A stretch of DNA of 63,448 nucleotides, filler included, from Candidatus Woesearchaeota archaeon (GTDB taxonomy: Archaea; Nanobdellota; Nanobdellia; Woesearchaeales; CG1-02-33-12): assembly GCA_018399355.1 (NCBI GenBank). It is 10 parts of 10 records of this genome, joined end to end, with 100 filler letters (N's around TTAATTAATTAA, not from the genome) between each part and the next. Parts side by side here need not be neighbours in the genome. Positions count along the whole stretch, not along the records: positions 12,561 to 41,746 come from JAGYOA010000006.1; 9 more parts are not named here. One strand, written 5' to 3'. The translations under genes were made by a program, and so were the position numbers. Each line of letters opens with the position of its first letter. Positions within the stretch are counted from its first letter, which is position 1. The notes under the pieces were generated by a model. That model saw only the letters and a program-made list of their open reading frames with translations. It was not told the DNA's origin and did not search any database. Below, piece by piece: positions 28,026-38,078 of this stretch.

Positions 28026-28535
28026 ATGAAAAATAAAAATAAACGCTCAGATGGAGAAGAGTTAATAGAAGAATACTTGAATGCAGAAGATATTCATTTT
28101 AAACCAGAAGTAAAAATAGAAAATTTAAAAGGAGATAGTATACCTTATAGAAAGGCAGACTTCTATTTAACTCAATACAAAGTATATGTTGAATTTTTAG
28201 GGCGTTGGAATGTAGAAAGTAATAGAAAGAAGTATAAAGAAAAAATAAGGGTTTACAAAGAAAACAATATTCCTTGTATTTATTTATATCCTGATAATTT
28301 AGGAATTTTAAATTTTATTTTCAAAAGGAGATTAAAAAAGGAACTAAAAAAGCATGATATGAAATGGCAATTAATGAAGGTTAATTGGAGTTTATTTCAG
28401 GAAAAACATGGATTGGGAATTTTATTTTTTATTGTTCTATTCTTTATTATAGAAGATTTAAGTCTAAAAATAATAGTTGGGTTATTGGTTATTTACTTAA
28501 TATTTATTGGATTGAAATCAACATTTTTTAAATAA
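28026..28535 (+). CDS. PD-(D/E)xK-like nuclease-fold protein with C-terminal TM hairpin
   Basis: E...ADFYL....VYVEFLG followed by two hydrophobic helices. Confidence 0.6.
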   Translation: MKNKNKRSDGEELIEEYLNAEDIHFKPEVKIENLKGDSIPYRKADFYLTQYKVYVEFLGRWNVESNRKKYKEKIRVYKENNIPCIYLYPDNLGILNFIFKRRLKKELKKHDMKWQLMKVNWSLFQEKHGLGILFFIVLFFIIEDLSLKIIVGLLVIYLIFIGLKSTFFK

Positions 28536-28589
28536 GGTTAATTCTAAAAACCACAAAACTTAATAAATCAGGCCAACAATAAATTCATT

Positions 28590-28994
28590 ATGAAGATAAG
28601 AACCCGTCTGGCCGCAATAATCATAAAAGACAAAAAGATGTTGTTGGTTAAGGGCCATAAGAAATTTAAGGAATACTGGACTCCTGGTGGAAGGCCTGAG
28701 CAGGAAGAGAGTGATAAAGAAACTCTTTCAAGGGAATTAAAAGAAGAGATTAATGTTGAGCTTGTTGATTCAAAATTCTTTAAGGAGTATATCTGTGATT
28801 CACCTTATATTCCAGATGTAAAATCAATAAGCAAGGTGTATATAACTAAAATAAAAGGAGATCCAAAACCGGGCGCAGAAATAACAGAATATGTATGGAT
28901 GTCAAGAAAAGACTTTGAAAACAAAAAATATTTTTTAGTGGATGTAACACAAAAAGAAATCATTCCAGACTTAATAAAAGAAGGGATATTTTAA
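28590..28994 (+). CDS. NUDIX hydrolase
   Basis: Nudix box PGGRPEQEESDKETLSRELKEE. Confidence 0.93.
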   Translation: MKIRTRLAAIIIKDKKMLLVKGHKKFKEYWTPGGRPEQEESDKETLSRELKEEINVELVDSKFFKEYICDSPYIPDVKSISKVYITKIKGDPKPGAEITEYVWMSRKDFENKKYFLVDVTQKEIIPDLIKEGIF

Positions 28995-30052
28995 TAACTT
29001 AATTTATATCTCAATATGGCCCCAACACCGCCAAGGCCATCTAATTTTTTTCCGCCATCATGGTCTGAGCCTATTAAATGAACTTCGGCCTTCATTGATT
29101 CTGCGTTCTTCATCATGGCCTCAAGCTTAGAATAAGTTTTTTTCTTTCTCATTTCATGTATAATATCTTCTGAAACCAAAAGTTTTGAAACAGCTCCTGA
29201 TTCAATGGCCTTTTCAGTCTCCTTCAAACCATAGCATGCAAGCTCATTCTTGGATATCTGCTCTAAAAGCTCATCAACAAGCTTTAATTCATTTGAAACC
29301 CTTTGCTGGGTTAATACATTCTTAACTTCAGGTCTTTTCAAAATCTCATTAACAGCTTCCTGGCCAGAGCATGAGCATGTGGCCAAAGTAATCTTTTTCC
29401 TTATTACATCATCCTTTAAATTTTTTATCAAGTCTTCTTTCCAGAATGCAGGACTTGCAATTATTATGCTCGAAGGATTATATCTTTTGTCATATTCTGA
29501 AATAATCTTTATAATCTCGCTGTAAAAATTTCCTGTGTTTACATTTGCCTCAATCTTCTTCTCAACATCTCCATTAATTTCAGAGATAACTGAAAACCCT
29601 TTTTTCTTCAATAAACCAAAGCAGACATTATCCCTGTCAAGAACGCATATCAGAATATTTTTTGTTTCAACAGATGCCTGCTTTATCTTCTCAACCTGAA
29701 AAGAAAGCCATTTCTCTTTTATTATTGTAATAATAGTATTTTCCTCAACATTAAAAGTATGGTGTTCTCCCTTGGGTATATCCTCAGGAGCATTAATAAT
29801 AACCCCTGATACTCTTAAAACAGAGGAGTATTCATGAAACTCAACATTTTCCACCTTTATTTCAATAAAAACAGGCTTTTTTATTATTTTGGGATTGCGG
29901 TCATTAGTTTCCCCTATTTTTATTTTCCTTATAGTCTTTCCTCTAACCAAATCATTGGGCTCTATGACGCTGCTCAAAACCCATAAATCATCAAGGTTTT
30001 CAGCTTTAACCTTTATTTCTCCTTTCCTTAAATTTGAATGGATAGTGTTCAT
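28991..30052 (-). CDS. pelA: Pelota mRNA surveillance / ribosome rescue factor
   Basis: ENLDDLW, LRVSG, GEHHT, LDGLGGVGAILRY. Confidence 0.96.
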   Translation of the reverse strand: MNTIHSNLRKGEIKVKAENLDDLWVLSSVIEPNDLVRGKTIRKIKIGETNDRNPKIIKKPVFIEIKVENVEFHEYSSVLRVSGVIINAPEDIPKGEHHTFNVEENTIITIIKEKWLSFQVEKIKQASVETKNILICVLDRDNVCFGLLKKKGFSVISEINGDVEKKIEANVNTGNFYSEIIKIISEYDKRYNPSSIIIASPAFWKEDLIKNLKDDVIRKKITLATCSCSGQEAVNEILKRPEVKNVLTQQRVSNELKLVDELLEQISKNELACYGLKETEKAIESGAVSKLLVSEDIIHEMRKKKTYSKLEAMMKNAESMKAEVHLIGSDHDGGKKLDGLGGVGAILRYKLSY

Positions 30053-30108
30053 TATCCTAAAATAAGAAAAACTTATATATATTAAATTATCTATTTAAGT
30101 TTAAACAG

Positions 30109-31323
30109 GTGATAGTCATGTACAAACCCATTAAAACAAAAAAAGGTGACCAAACGGTAACACAAGCCTCTGGAGCTACTGCATTCATAGCTCTTATGGT
30201 TGGATTGATTGTTCTTTATTTTATCTTTCTTCCTCCGGATGAGAGGGCAAAGATACTTGATGAAGAGGAAGATGAAGAAGAGCAGTCAAATGATGAAGTT
30301 ATTGAAGACAAAATTCTTCTTCTTGAATATCCTGGGAGGATAGATTACCTAAAGGAAAAAACCTATGAGCATGACATCTCAAGCTTTTACCTTTATAAAA
30401 CCACTAATGCAAAGGAAATACATTCTGCAAACCCTTTTATTGTAAGGAATGGTCTTTTTGATGAAAAAAAGAAAGAAATTAAATTCACAATAGATGACCT
30501 TGAAAATACAGATAATATCCTGCTTTCATTCTCATTAAGGGAATATAGGGGAATTTTAAGCATAATGCTAAATGGGAAAGAAGTTTTTGAAAGCGAAATT
30601 TCAACTTCTAACCCTCAACCAATAAGGCTTGACAAAAAATACCTTGATGAAGATAATATCCTTGAATTTAGTGTTTCGGGTGTAGGAATAAGATTTTGGT
30701 CAACAAATGTTTACAGTTTTAGTGATCTTAAGATTGTAGCTGATGTAACTGATATAAGCAGGCAGGAAGGCCAAAATACTTTTTTCATAAGCGAGAATGA
30801 AAAGTTGAACATGGAAAAGGCGAGATTGAGGTTTATACCTGACTGCACTCAGGATGAAGTTGGAAAGCTTGAAGTAATGATAAATTATAATCAAATCTCT
30901 TCAAATGTTCCTGATTGTAAAACTGTTAACATGTACAGTTTTTCCCCTGCTTACCTTGATAGTGGAGATAATCAGATAATATTCAAAACAGGTGATGGTT
31001 CATACCGTGTAGAGCAGATAAGGGTTGATACTTTTTTGAAAGAGATTACATATCCTACATATTATTTTGAGATAAATGAGTCTTTATACAAAAAGATACA
31101 GGATAAAACTTATGATGTTAGGCTGAGCCTTGAGTTTGTTGATGACAAAAGAAGCAAAACTATGGATATTAATATAAATGACAGGATGAGCCGCATAGAT
31201 ACAAAAGAATCAAAGTATTACAAAAACATAGACCGAGAGTTAAAGCAGGGCAATAACTTCATAAAAATACATCCATTGTCAATGCTTGACATTGTTGAGA
31301 TGAAGGTTGAGCTCAAAGAATGA
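30109..31323 (+). CDS. Membrane-anchored exported beta-rich protein
   Basis: KKG plus hydrophobic helix (class III signal-like); three internal beta-domain repeats ending in (D/G)xN. Confidence 0.75.
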   Translation: MIVMYKPIKTKKGDQTVTQASGATAFIALMVGLIVLYFIFLPPDERAKILDEEEDEEEQSNDEVIEDKILLLEYPGRIDYLKEKTYEHDISSFYLYKTTNAKEIHSANPFIVRNGLFDEKKKEIKFTIDDLENTDNILLSFSLREYRGILSIMLNGKEVFESEISTSNPQPIRLDKKYLDEDNILEFSVSGVGIRFWSTNVYSFSDLKIVADVTDISRQEGQNTFFISENEKLNMEKARLRFIPDCTQDEVGKLEVMINYNQISSNVPDCKTVNMYSFSPAYLDSGDNQIIFKTGDGSYRVEQIRVDTFLKEITYPTYYFEINESLYKKIQDKTYDVRLSLEFVDDKRSKTMDININDRMSRIDTKESKYYKNIDRELKQGNNFIKIHPLSMLDIVEMKVELKE

Positions 31324-31351
31324 GTTTTTCTTATGAAAAAAGAGGTAGATA

Positions 31352-33451
31352 ATGCCGAATGCTAGAGATGGATTGAATTGGGTAGGAGATAGAATACATC
31401 CTTCAAAGTCTCCAAATCTTTTGCTGATTATATGTCTTCTTTTCCATGTTTATGATGCTATGGCTCTTGGTTTCAGGCAATCTAGTGTAAGGCTTGGATT
31501 TTATATTGTAATAGCTATATTTGCATGGGCAACTATATTCAAAAGCGACCCTGCTGTAATGGATGTAGATGACCTTAAAACTCCCTTAATTTTATCAACT
31601 CTCTCTTTTTTATTTCCTTATCTGGGAAATATTATTCCTTTTTTACAGGCATCACAATTTTACCAAGCGTTAGTTGTATTCTTTCCTATATGGGTAATAT
31701 ACCTTGCTTTTTCAGTAGGAGGCACAACCACTACCAATATGATAAGATGGGGGATAATTGGATTCTGGATTTTCTTTTTTCTTCCTACCTTTATATTCAC
31801 TCTTTCAGCAGACCTTAATTTAACAGAAATGGAAACAGGATTAAATATAAACCAGGTTGTTGCAAGTTCATTGAATAAAGTTAAATCCAATATATACAGA
31901 TTTTGGGATAATTTAAAACAAATTCCTAAAAATATAATTTCTTCTTTTAACACGATGATGAATTATGCAACAGGAGGGCTATATGCAAGCGAGGTTGAAA
32001 AAAATGAGAACGAGCAGATAGGGGTTTATCTTGAAAATTTAAGGTCTTCTGATTCCAAGTTTTATGAAGGTGAAAAAATAACTGTATGGGGCAATATAAA
32101 AGCGAGAACACTTGAAGAGGATATAGATATTGACCTCTCATGTTATGCAGAAGAAGGTAAAAAGAATGTTGAGGGAAATGTCACACCTGAATATATGAAT
32201 GTGGCAGGTCAGGAAGAGGAATGGATTGATTGTGTTTTTGATAGATTAAATTCAGGAAGAAAAAAAGTAGTTATAAATGCAATATTTAATTTTGAAACAA
32301 AGAGTTACCTTAAAACATATTATATGAACAAAGAAACATTAAGAACCCTAAACAGAGAGAATGTTGATGTGCTAAGCAAATATGGGATAAGCCATGTCAA
32401 CCCCATTACAATATTTACAAACGGTCCTTTGGGAATAGGAATAGGCTCAGTTGATCCTCTTCCTGTAGGGATATGGGTTGATGATGAAAATGTTCCATTG
32501 TATTTTGGAATAAGTCTTGATAATAGATGGGAAGGAAAAATAAGAGAAATAACCGAGCTTGAAGTGCAGATACATGACAGCTTGCATCTTACAAACTGCG
32601 ACCATGAGTTTGAATTTGTTGAAACAACTAAAGAAGGCTATAATATATACCATATGGTTCCAAATGAGAAAACAGAAAACATAACCAATTTCCATACAAT
32701 TAGGTGCAGGTTAGAGGTTGAAGATCCAAGAAGCCTGCTTGACAATAATCCAATAACAACGCGATATTTCAGGGTTTCTGCAAATTATATTTACGAGCTT
32801 GAAAAATCAACTACTGTTGAAATAATAAAAGTTGAGGAAGATGAAGAACTCCCTGAAGAGGAAGAAATTGAAGTAGAAGATTGGGAAATATTAGATGAAG
32901 ATGAAATTGAATTAAAAATAAGAGGGGCTGCATCAAATTATGGAATCCCCCAACACATTGCATTAGGCATCGCAATGCAAGAAAGCAGCATGGAACATTA
33001 TTATTCTGATGGTAGTGTAAAAATGTCAAATGCTAACTGTATAGGTCTTATGCAAGTTCAGCTTGATAGTGGTGGCGGAACTTATAATAGCATGTGTAGT
33101 ATGAGTATAGAGGATTTAAAGGATATAAATAATAACATTGAATGTGGTATAAGAATACTTAAAAGTAAATATGATATGGTCTGTCATTCTTTTGTTACTC
33201 CTATAATAAGACCTAGTGGAAATTCAGTATATAAAGAAAAAGTGATATACCAATGGGAAAAAGAGCCATATGATAAAGAATATTTAGATCAATATCTGGA
33301 GTATGATGGAAATTGTGATAAAATGGCTATAAGAGCATATAATGGTCTTTGGGCTGATGGAGAAGGATTATGGATAGATGGAAAGCTTGTAGATACGGCA
33401 GATGAAGAATATGTAGAAAGAGTATTAACCCATGCTGTAAAATACAAATAA
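31352..33451 (+). CDS. Multi-TM protein with C-terminal lytic transglycosylase (SLT) domain
   Basis: About five N-terminal TMs; SLT motifs IAMQESS, IGLMQV, NIECG..IL, AIRAYNG after an acidic linker. Confidence 0.85.
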   Translation: MPNARDGLNWVGDRIHPSKSPNLLLIICLLFHVYDAMALGFRQSSVRLGFYIVIAIFAWATIFKSDPAVMDVDDLKTPLILSTLSFLFPYLGNIIPFLQASQFYQALVVFFPIWVIYLAFSVGGTTTTNMIRWGIIGFWIFFFLPTFIFTLSADLNLTEMETGLNINQVVASSLNKVKSNIYRFWDNLKQIPKNIISSFNTMMNYATGGLYASEVEKNENEQIGVYLENLRSSDSKFYEGEKITVWGNIKARTLEEDIDIDLSCYAEEGKKNVEGNVTPEYMNVAGQEEEWIDCVFDRLNSGRKKVVINAIFNFETKSYLKTYYMNKETLRTLNRENVDVLSKYGISHVNPITIFTNGPLGIGIGSVDPLPVGIWVDDENVPLYFGISLDNRWEGKIREITELEVQIHDSLHLTNCDHEFEFVETTKEGYNIYHMVPNEKTENITNFHTIRCRLEVEDPRSLLDNNPITTRYFRVSANYIYELEKSTTVEIIKVEEDEELPEEEEIEVEDWEILDEDEIELKIRGAASNYGIPQHIALGIAMQESSMEHYYSDGSVKMSNANCIGLMQVQLDSGGGTYNSMCSMSIEDLKDINNNIECGIRILKSKYDMVCHSFVTPIIRPSGNSVYKEKVIYQWEKEPYDKEYLDQYLEYDGNCDKMAIRAYNGLWADGEGLWIDGKLVDTADEEYVERVLTHAVKYK

Positions 33452-33458
33452 ATTCAAA

Positions 33459-34385
33459 ATGAAAAAAACAAACAAAAAAGTAAATTTGATTTTTATTTTG
33501 TTAGTTGTAGTTTTTTTGTCGGGGTGTGATTTCACCAATATTGGAAACACGCCTAGTGAAAAAAGTTTTAGAACAGGAAGTAGAGGAATAACAATAAGCT
33601 TTCTCCAGAATGCTCCTCCAAATGAGGTTTATGAAGAAAATCCATTCAGCATAGGAATACTGCTGAAGAATGAAGGCGCTTATGAAGTAAGAAATGGGAT
33701 AGTATCCTTTTCGATTGAAGATGAATATGTTGATGTTCAAAGACCTGAAAATTTAGTAACATTCAATTTAAATGGAAAATCTGTTGCAACACCTGGAGGA
33801 GAACAGACTACAGAATTTCTTAAAGCAAGCACAAAAAAAATAGAAAGTGAAAGAAGAGAATCAATAATCATTGCAAGTCTATGCTATCCATATAAAACCA
33901 TTGCAGATACAAGCGTCTGCATAGACACTGATGTATATGGTCTAAAAACAATGGACAAGGTATGTTACATTAGAGATATCTCTTCTAATAACCAGGGAGC
34001 CCCTGTTGCAGTAACAAAGATAGAAACCAAGATTCTTCCAGGGGATAATGATGACAGCATAAAGCCGCAGTTCATAATCCATATTCAGAATGTAAATTCA
34101 GGAAGTGTAATAAAAAAGGAAAAGGTTGCCGATGCATGCTCCTCAGAGCCAATAGGAATAGACGACCTTAATATTATTAATGTAAAAGCCGAGCTCTCAG
34201 GAGAAATTTTGGAATGCTCTCCAAACCCTGCAAAGCTTAAAGACAGAAAAACCAGTGTAAGATGCATATTAGAGCAGGGGATATCTTCGCAACAGGCAAC
34301 TTACACCTCTCCATTAAAAGTTGAATTAGAGTATGGATACACAAGCTCAATATCAAAAATATTTTTAATAAAAAAGAATATTTAA
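33459..34385 (+). CDS. Exported Cys-patterned lipoprotein-like protein, paralog 1
   Basis: Lipobox-like FLSGC; APP.EVY, CY.Y.T....VC, G.PV.VT, Y.Y motifs. Confidence 0.8.
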   Translation: MKKTNKKVNLIFILLVVVFLSGCDFTNIGNTPSEKSFRTGSRGITISFLQNAPPNEVYEENPFSIGILLKNEGAYEVRNGIVSFSIEDEYVDVQRPENLVTFNLNGKSVATPGGEQTTEFLKASTKKIESERRESIIIASLCYPYKTIADTSVCIDTDVYGLKTMDKVCYIRDISSNNQGAPVAVTKIETKILPGDNDDSIKPQFIIHIQNVNSGSVIKKEKVADACSSEPIGIDDLNIINVKAELSGEILECSPNPAKLKDRKTSVRCILEQGISSQQATYTSPLKVELEYGYTSSISKIFLIKKNI

Positions 34386-34387
34386 TA

Positions 34388-34401
34388 GAAAGCTTTAAAT
34401 A
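34388..34401 (+). promoter_or_regulatory. BRE/TATA promoter
   Basis: GAAAGC-TTTAAATA 23 nt before ATG 34425; similar element at 35379-35392. Confidence 0.6.
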
Positions 34402-34424
34402 GAAATTTCAGGATATAAAATAAA

Positions 34425-35372
34425 ATGAGAAACATATTTTTAATAATTGCATTATCTTTCATTTTTATTAGCTTTGGTTGCACAGACAGCACAAGCGATA
34501 TAAGCGCTGACTATAGAAAAGGAACTCAGGGAATTGAAATCAGCTTTATGCAAAACATGCCTCCTTCTGAAATTTATGATAATTCTCCCATTGAGCTTGT
34601 TGTAGAAGTAAGAAACAAAGGGGCTCATCCTCAAATACAGAGAGCAACAGGCTGGCCAATAATTGTTACCTCTGAAGGAAGAGGAATAGGAACTCTTTAT
34701 TTAGATGGTTTTGATGATAAAATAATAATGGGAATGCCAAAGCAAATTTCTATTCCAACTGTTTATGGAAAAGGTCCCTATAACCCTGAAGGCGAATATG
34801 ATATTGTTACATTTCGCGGGAATGTCATAAACCTTGATGTTCAGGGTCTTCAGGAATATGATGCAAAATTTATGGTGACGTCATGCTATACTTATGAGAC
34901 TATTGCCTCCCAGACAGTCTGCATTGACCCAGAGCCATATTCAATAAGCCAAAGAGACAAGGTCTGCATAATCCCTGACTCATACTCTTTTTCAGGCGGC
35001 CAGGGCGGCCCTGTTGCTGTAACAAAGGTTGAAGAAAAGGTTTATGGAGATAAGATTTATTTCACAATAACAATAAGCAACTCAGGAAATGGAAGAGTTG
35101 TTGATAAAAATAAAATCAATACAGCATGCCCTTACTCTCTTGATTACAGCAATCTTAACAAGGTTCAGGTAAGCGGAAAGGTTTCAGGATACAGCCTTGT
35201 CTGCGACCAAGGAGGAAATATCAATCTACTAAACAATAAGGGAACAATAATGTGTTACATACCAAGGCCATCAACAGCAAGGTCTGCATACACTACCCCT
35301 ATACAAATAAACCTGAATTATGGATACACTTCATCAATAACAAAAAACATTAAAATAATAAACACTCCCTGA
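34425..35372 (+). CDS. Exported Cys-patterned lipoprotein-like protein, paralog 2
   Basis: ISFGC; same motif series as paralog 1. Confidence 0.8.
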   Translation: MRNIFLIIALSFIFISFGCTDSTSDISADYRKGTQGIEISFMQNMPPSEIYDNSPIELVVEVRNKGAHPQIQRATGWPIIVTSEGRGIGTLYLDGFDDKIIMGMPKQISIPTVYGKGPYNPEGEYDIVTFRGNVINLDVQGLQEYDAKFMVTSCYTYETIASQTVCIDPEPYSISQRDKVCIIPDSYSFSGGQGGPVAVTKVEEKVYGDKIYFTITISNSGNGRVVDKNKINTACPYSLDYSNLNKVQVSGKVSGYSLVCDQGGNINLLNNKGTIMCYIPRPSTARSAYTTPIQINLNYGYTSSITKNIKIINTP

Positions 35373-35432
35373 CTAACAGAAAGATTTATATAATTAATAA
35401 GAGAATTTAAAATTAAAAAGGAGGAAATAAAA

Positions 35433-36365
35433 ATGAAATATTATATCCGGATAATTTTACTATTAGCATTAGTTCTTTTTATTGTTGGATGTGAAGGAGA
35501 ACAAGCATCACCAAAAATAAGTCCTTTTATTGGGGGAACAACAGGACTTTTGTTAAGCTTTGACAAGGATGCACCACCTGCAGAGGTTTATGATGGAGGA
35601 GATTTTCCTTTTGATGTTGTTGTAAAGCTCAAAAATGAGGGAGAATATTCTATAGCAAAGGAAAATATTGAGGTAAGACTGAGTGGAGTTGATCCAAGAG
35701 AATTTGGGAAATCAGAATCAGATTTTATAAAGAGACCTGATGATGACCTTGATGGAACATACAAAGACTCAGAAGGAAACAGGATAGAGGGAACAACAAC
35801 TTATGTTGTATTCTCAGGGATTAACCATAATGAAGAATTAATAGGAAACACTCAATATACAATAAGGGCAGATGTATGCTATAATTATGCAACAAGGGCA
35901 AACTCAATGTTATGCATAAAGAAAAGCCAGACTGACAAAGAAGGGGATATCTGCAAGATTTATGAAGAAAAAAGAGTTTATAATTCAGGAGGGCCTGTCC
36001 AGGTTACAAGCTTCACAGAAACACCAAGAGGAAGCAACAAATTCAACTTTAATTTTAAGATAGAGCATAGGGGTTTTTCTCCTAGTGGTAGGATATATGA
36101 AAAAGACTCTAACTGTGAGGAAACAAGGGCGAAGGAAAATAGAATTTATGTAACTGTTGATACCAAAATGAGTGGTTTAAGCTGCACTGGTTTAGATGGT
36201 GGCGCAACAAGCGGCTATGTGACCTTGTATGGAGGAGAGAGAACAATAACCTGTACCCAGGAAGTTCAAACAGGCACTGATTTTGAAAGGCCAGTAAACA
36301 TAAATATAGAATATGACTACAAAGATGACATTTCAACAATCTTGCTTGTAAAACATTCTTCTTAA
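35433..36365 (+). CDS. Exported Cys-patterned lipoprotein-like protein, paralog 3
   Basis: FIVGC; same motif series; GGAGG SD. Confidence 0.8.
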   Translation: MKYYIRIILLLALVLFIVGCEGEQASPKISPFIGGTTGLLLSFDKDAPPAEVYDGGDFPFDVVVKLKNEGEYSIAKENIEVRLSGVDPREFGKSESDFIKRPDDDLDGTYKDSEGNRIEGTTTYVVFSGINHNEELIGNTQYTIRADVCYNYATRANSMLCIKKSQTDKEGDICKIYEEKRVYNSGGPVQVTSFTETPRGSNKFNFNFKIEHRGFSPSGRIYEKDSNCEETRAKENRIYVTVDTKMSGLSCTGLDGGATSGYVTLYGGERTITCTQEVQTGTDFERPVNINIEYDYKDDISTILLVKHSS

Positions 36366-36373
36366 TTTCTTTT

Positions 36374-37330
36374 TTATTTTATTCCAGCTAAAGCAACCTG
36401 GCTTAGGAGGGCCTCTAATTGAAGAAATTCATCAGAACCCTCAACCATCCTGAATTCTATTTCTCCACATTTTTCTATCAACATCATCTTTTTTCTTGGC
36501 TCTAAATCAAGGTTTAAAGTTTCTTTTTGTATCTGCTTGATTATATCAACTCCAGATAACCCATATTCAAGCATTAAGTCTAAAAGCTTGTTTCTGGCAT
36601 CCTTAAAGTTATTTTTAAGTGCAAGATCAAGGACTTCTTTAACTTCTTTAGGCCTTGCAACAGAGGCAATGGAATAAATCAAATCTTCTGTAATATTGTT
36701 GGATATTGCAGCACAGCTCTGCATAATATTTTCCATTCTCCTGCAGTCTCCATTGCTTACCTCATAAACTGCCTGTTTTGTTTTTTCATCTATTTTAAGT
36801 GATTCTGACTTTGCTATTTTATCTATTATCTCTATTAACTCTTCCTTACTGAGAAGCTTGAAACGGAAAACAGCACATCTTGATTGTATTGGATCTATTA
36901 TTTTGCTGCTGTAGTTGCAGCTTAAAATAAAGCGGCATGTCCTGGTATAATTTTCCATTGTTCTTCTTAAAGCCTGCTGCGCCTCTTTTGTTAAGGCATC
37001 TGACTCATCAAGATATATTATCTTGAAAGGAACATTGCCTATTGCCCTTGTCCTTGCGAAATCCTTTACTTTATTTCTTATTATATCTATTCCCCTTTCA
37101 TCTGATGCATTCAGCTCAAGGACATTATCATGCCAATTCTCACCAAAAAGCTGTTTTGATATAACCAAGGCAAGGGTTGTTTTGCCAGTGCCTGCAGGCC
37201 CTGAAAAAAGAAGGTGAGGCATATTCTTTTTATTAACAAATGCCTTAACTCTTTTCACTATATCTTTTTGGCCCTTAACTTCAGAGAAATCCTTTGGCCT
37301 GTATTTTTCAGTCCATATAGTGCTTTCCAT
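36374..37330 (-). CDS. rfcS: Replication factor C small subunit
   Basis: WTEKYRP, GPAGTGKT, ELNASDERG, IQSRC. Confidence 0.97.
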   Translation of the reverse strand: MESTIWTEKYRPKDFSEVKGQKDIVKRVKAFVNKKNMPHLLFSGPAGTGKTTLALVISKQLFGENWHDNVLELNASDERGIDIIRNKVKDFARTRAIGNVPFKIIYLDESDALTKEAQQALRRTMENYTRTCRFILSCNYSSKIIDPIQSRCAVFRFKLLSKEELIEIIDKIAKSESLKIDEKTKQAVYEVSNGDCRRMENIMQSCAAISNNITEDLIYSIASVARPKEVKEVLDLALKNNFKDARNKLLDLMLEYGLSGVDIIKQIQKETLNLDLEPRKKMMLIEKCGEIEFRMVEGSDEFLQLEALLSQVALAGIK

Positions 37331-37393
37331 GATAAAAAAATAATAAAGGATTATTTAAATATTTATGTGTAATAAAGAACAAGATAAAAAAAA

Positions 37394-37657
37394 TTATATT
37401 ATATCTTCCTCAGCTATAACAATAAAGTCTCCTAAAGCTATAACTGCGCTAAAAGGAATAAGTATCTCTCCTTCTTTGTTTTTTTCAAGCTCAAGCTTTT
37501 CTGTGTAAGTCGTAGGATTTTTAAGAACAATATTGATAAGCTCGCCAGACCTTGTTTCAAATATAAGATCTCCAACTTCTCCAAATCTTTTTCCTGTTTT
37601 GCTTACAACAATCTTTCCTATTAACTGTTTTGAGAATTTTTTGTCTTCTTCAGCCAT
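37394..37657 (-). CDS. PRC-barrel protein (CdpB-like cell-division family)
   Basis: LIGKIVVSKTGKRFGEVGDL...IPFSAVIALGDFIVI. Confidence 0.85.
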   Translation of the reverse strand: MAEEDKKFSKQLIGKIVVSKTGKRFGEVGDLIFETRSGELINIVLKNPTTYTEKLELEKNKEGEILIPFSAVIALGDFIVIAEEDII

Positions 37658-37836
37658 TAAGTCCCCACCTTATTTATTATTTAATTCTATCAATCATAAA
37701 AATATGTTATTTAAAATGGTTATGTTATATTTAAATCTTTTGGAAATAAATAAAATAAATGATAAATCAAAAACTATTTAAATAAAGTTATTATTATAAG
37801 TTAAAAAAGATTTAAAATTAAAAAAGAGGTGTTAGA

Positions 37837-38067
37837 ATGGCATTAGAACAAACAATTCTTTATATTATATTTGGCACATTATTGGCAATAGTATATTCAT
37901 TGAGAATCCTTGTTCTTTTAGAGAGAAGGATTGCAAGAATGGATGAGAACCTTATAAGGATAACAGATAAAATTATAATGGAAGAAAGGAAAATCCAAGC
38001 TGCATTATCAAAAAAAACATCTAAAAGAAAACCTTCTAAATCTAAAAGTAGAAAAAAGAAAAAATAG
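37837..38067 (+). CDS. Small single-TM protein with basic tail
   Basis: GAGGTG SD; hydrophobic N-terminus. Confidence 0.7.
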   Translation: MALEQTILYIIFGTLLAIVYSLRILVLLERRIARMDENLIRITDKIIMEERKIQAALSKKTSKRKPSKSKSRKKKK

Positions 38068-38078
38068 TTCTTTGAAAA

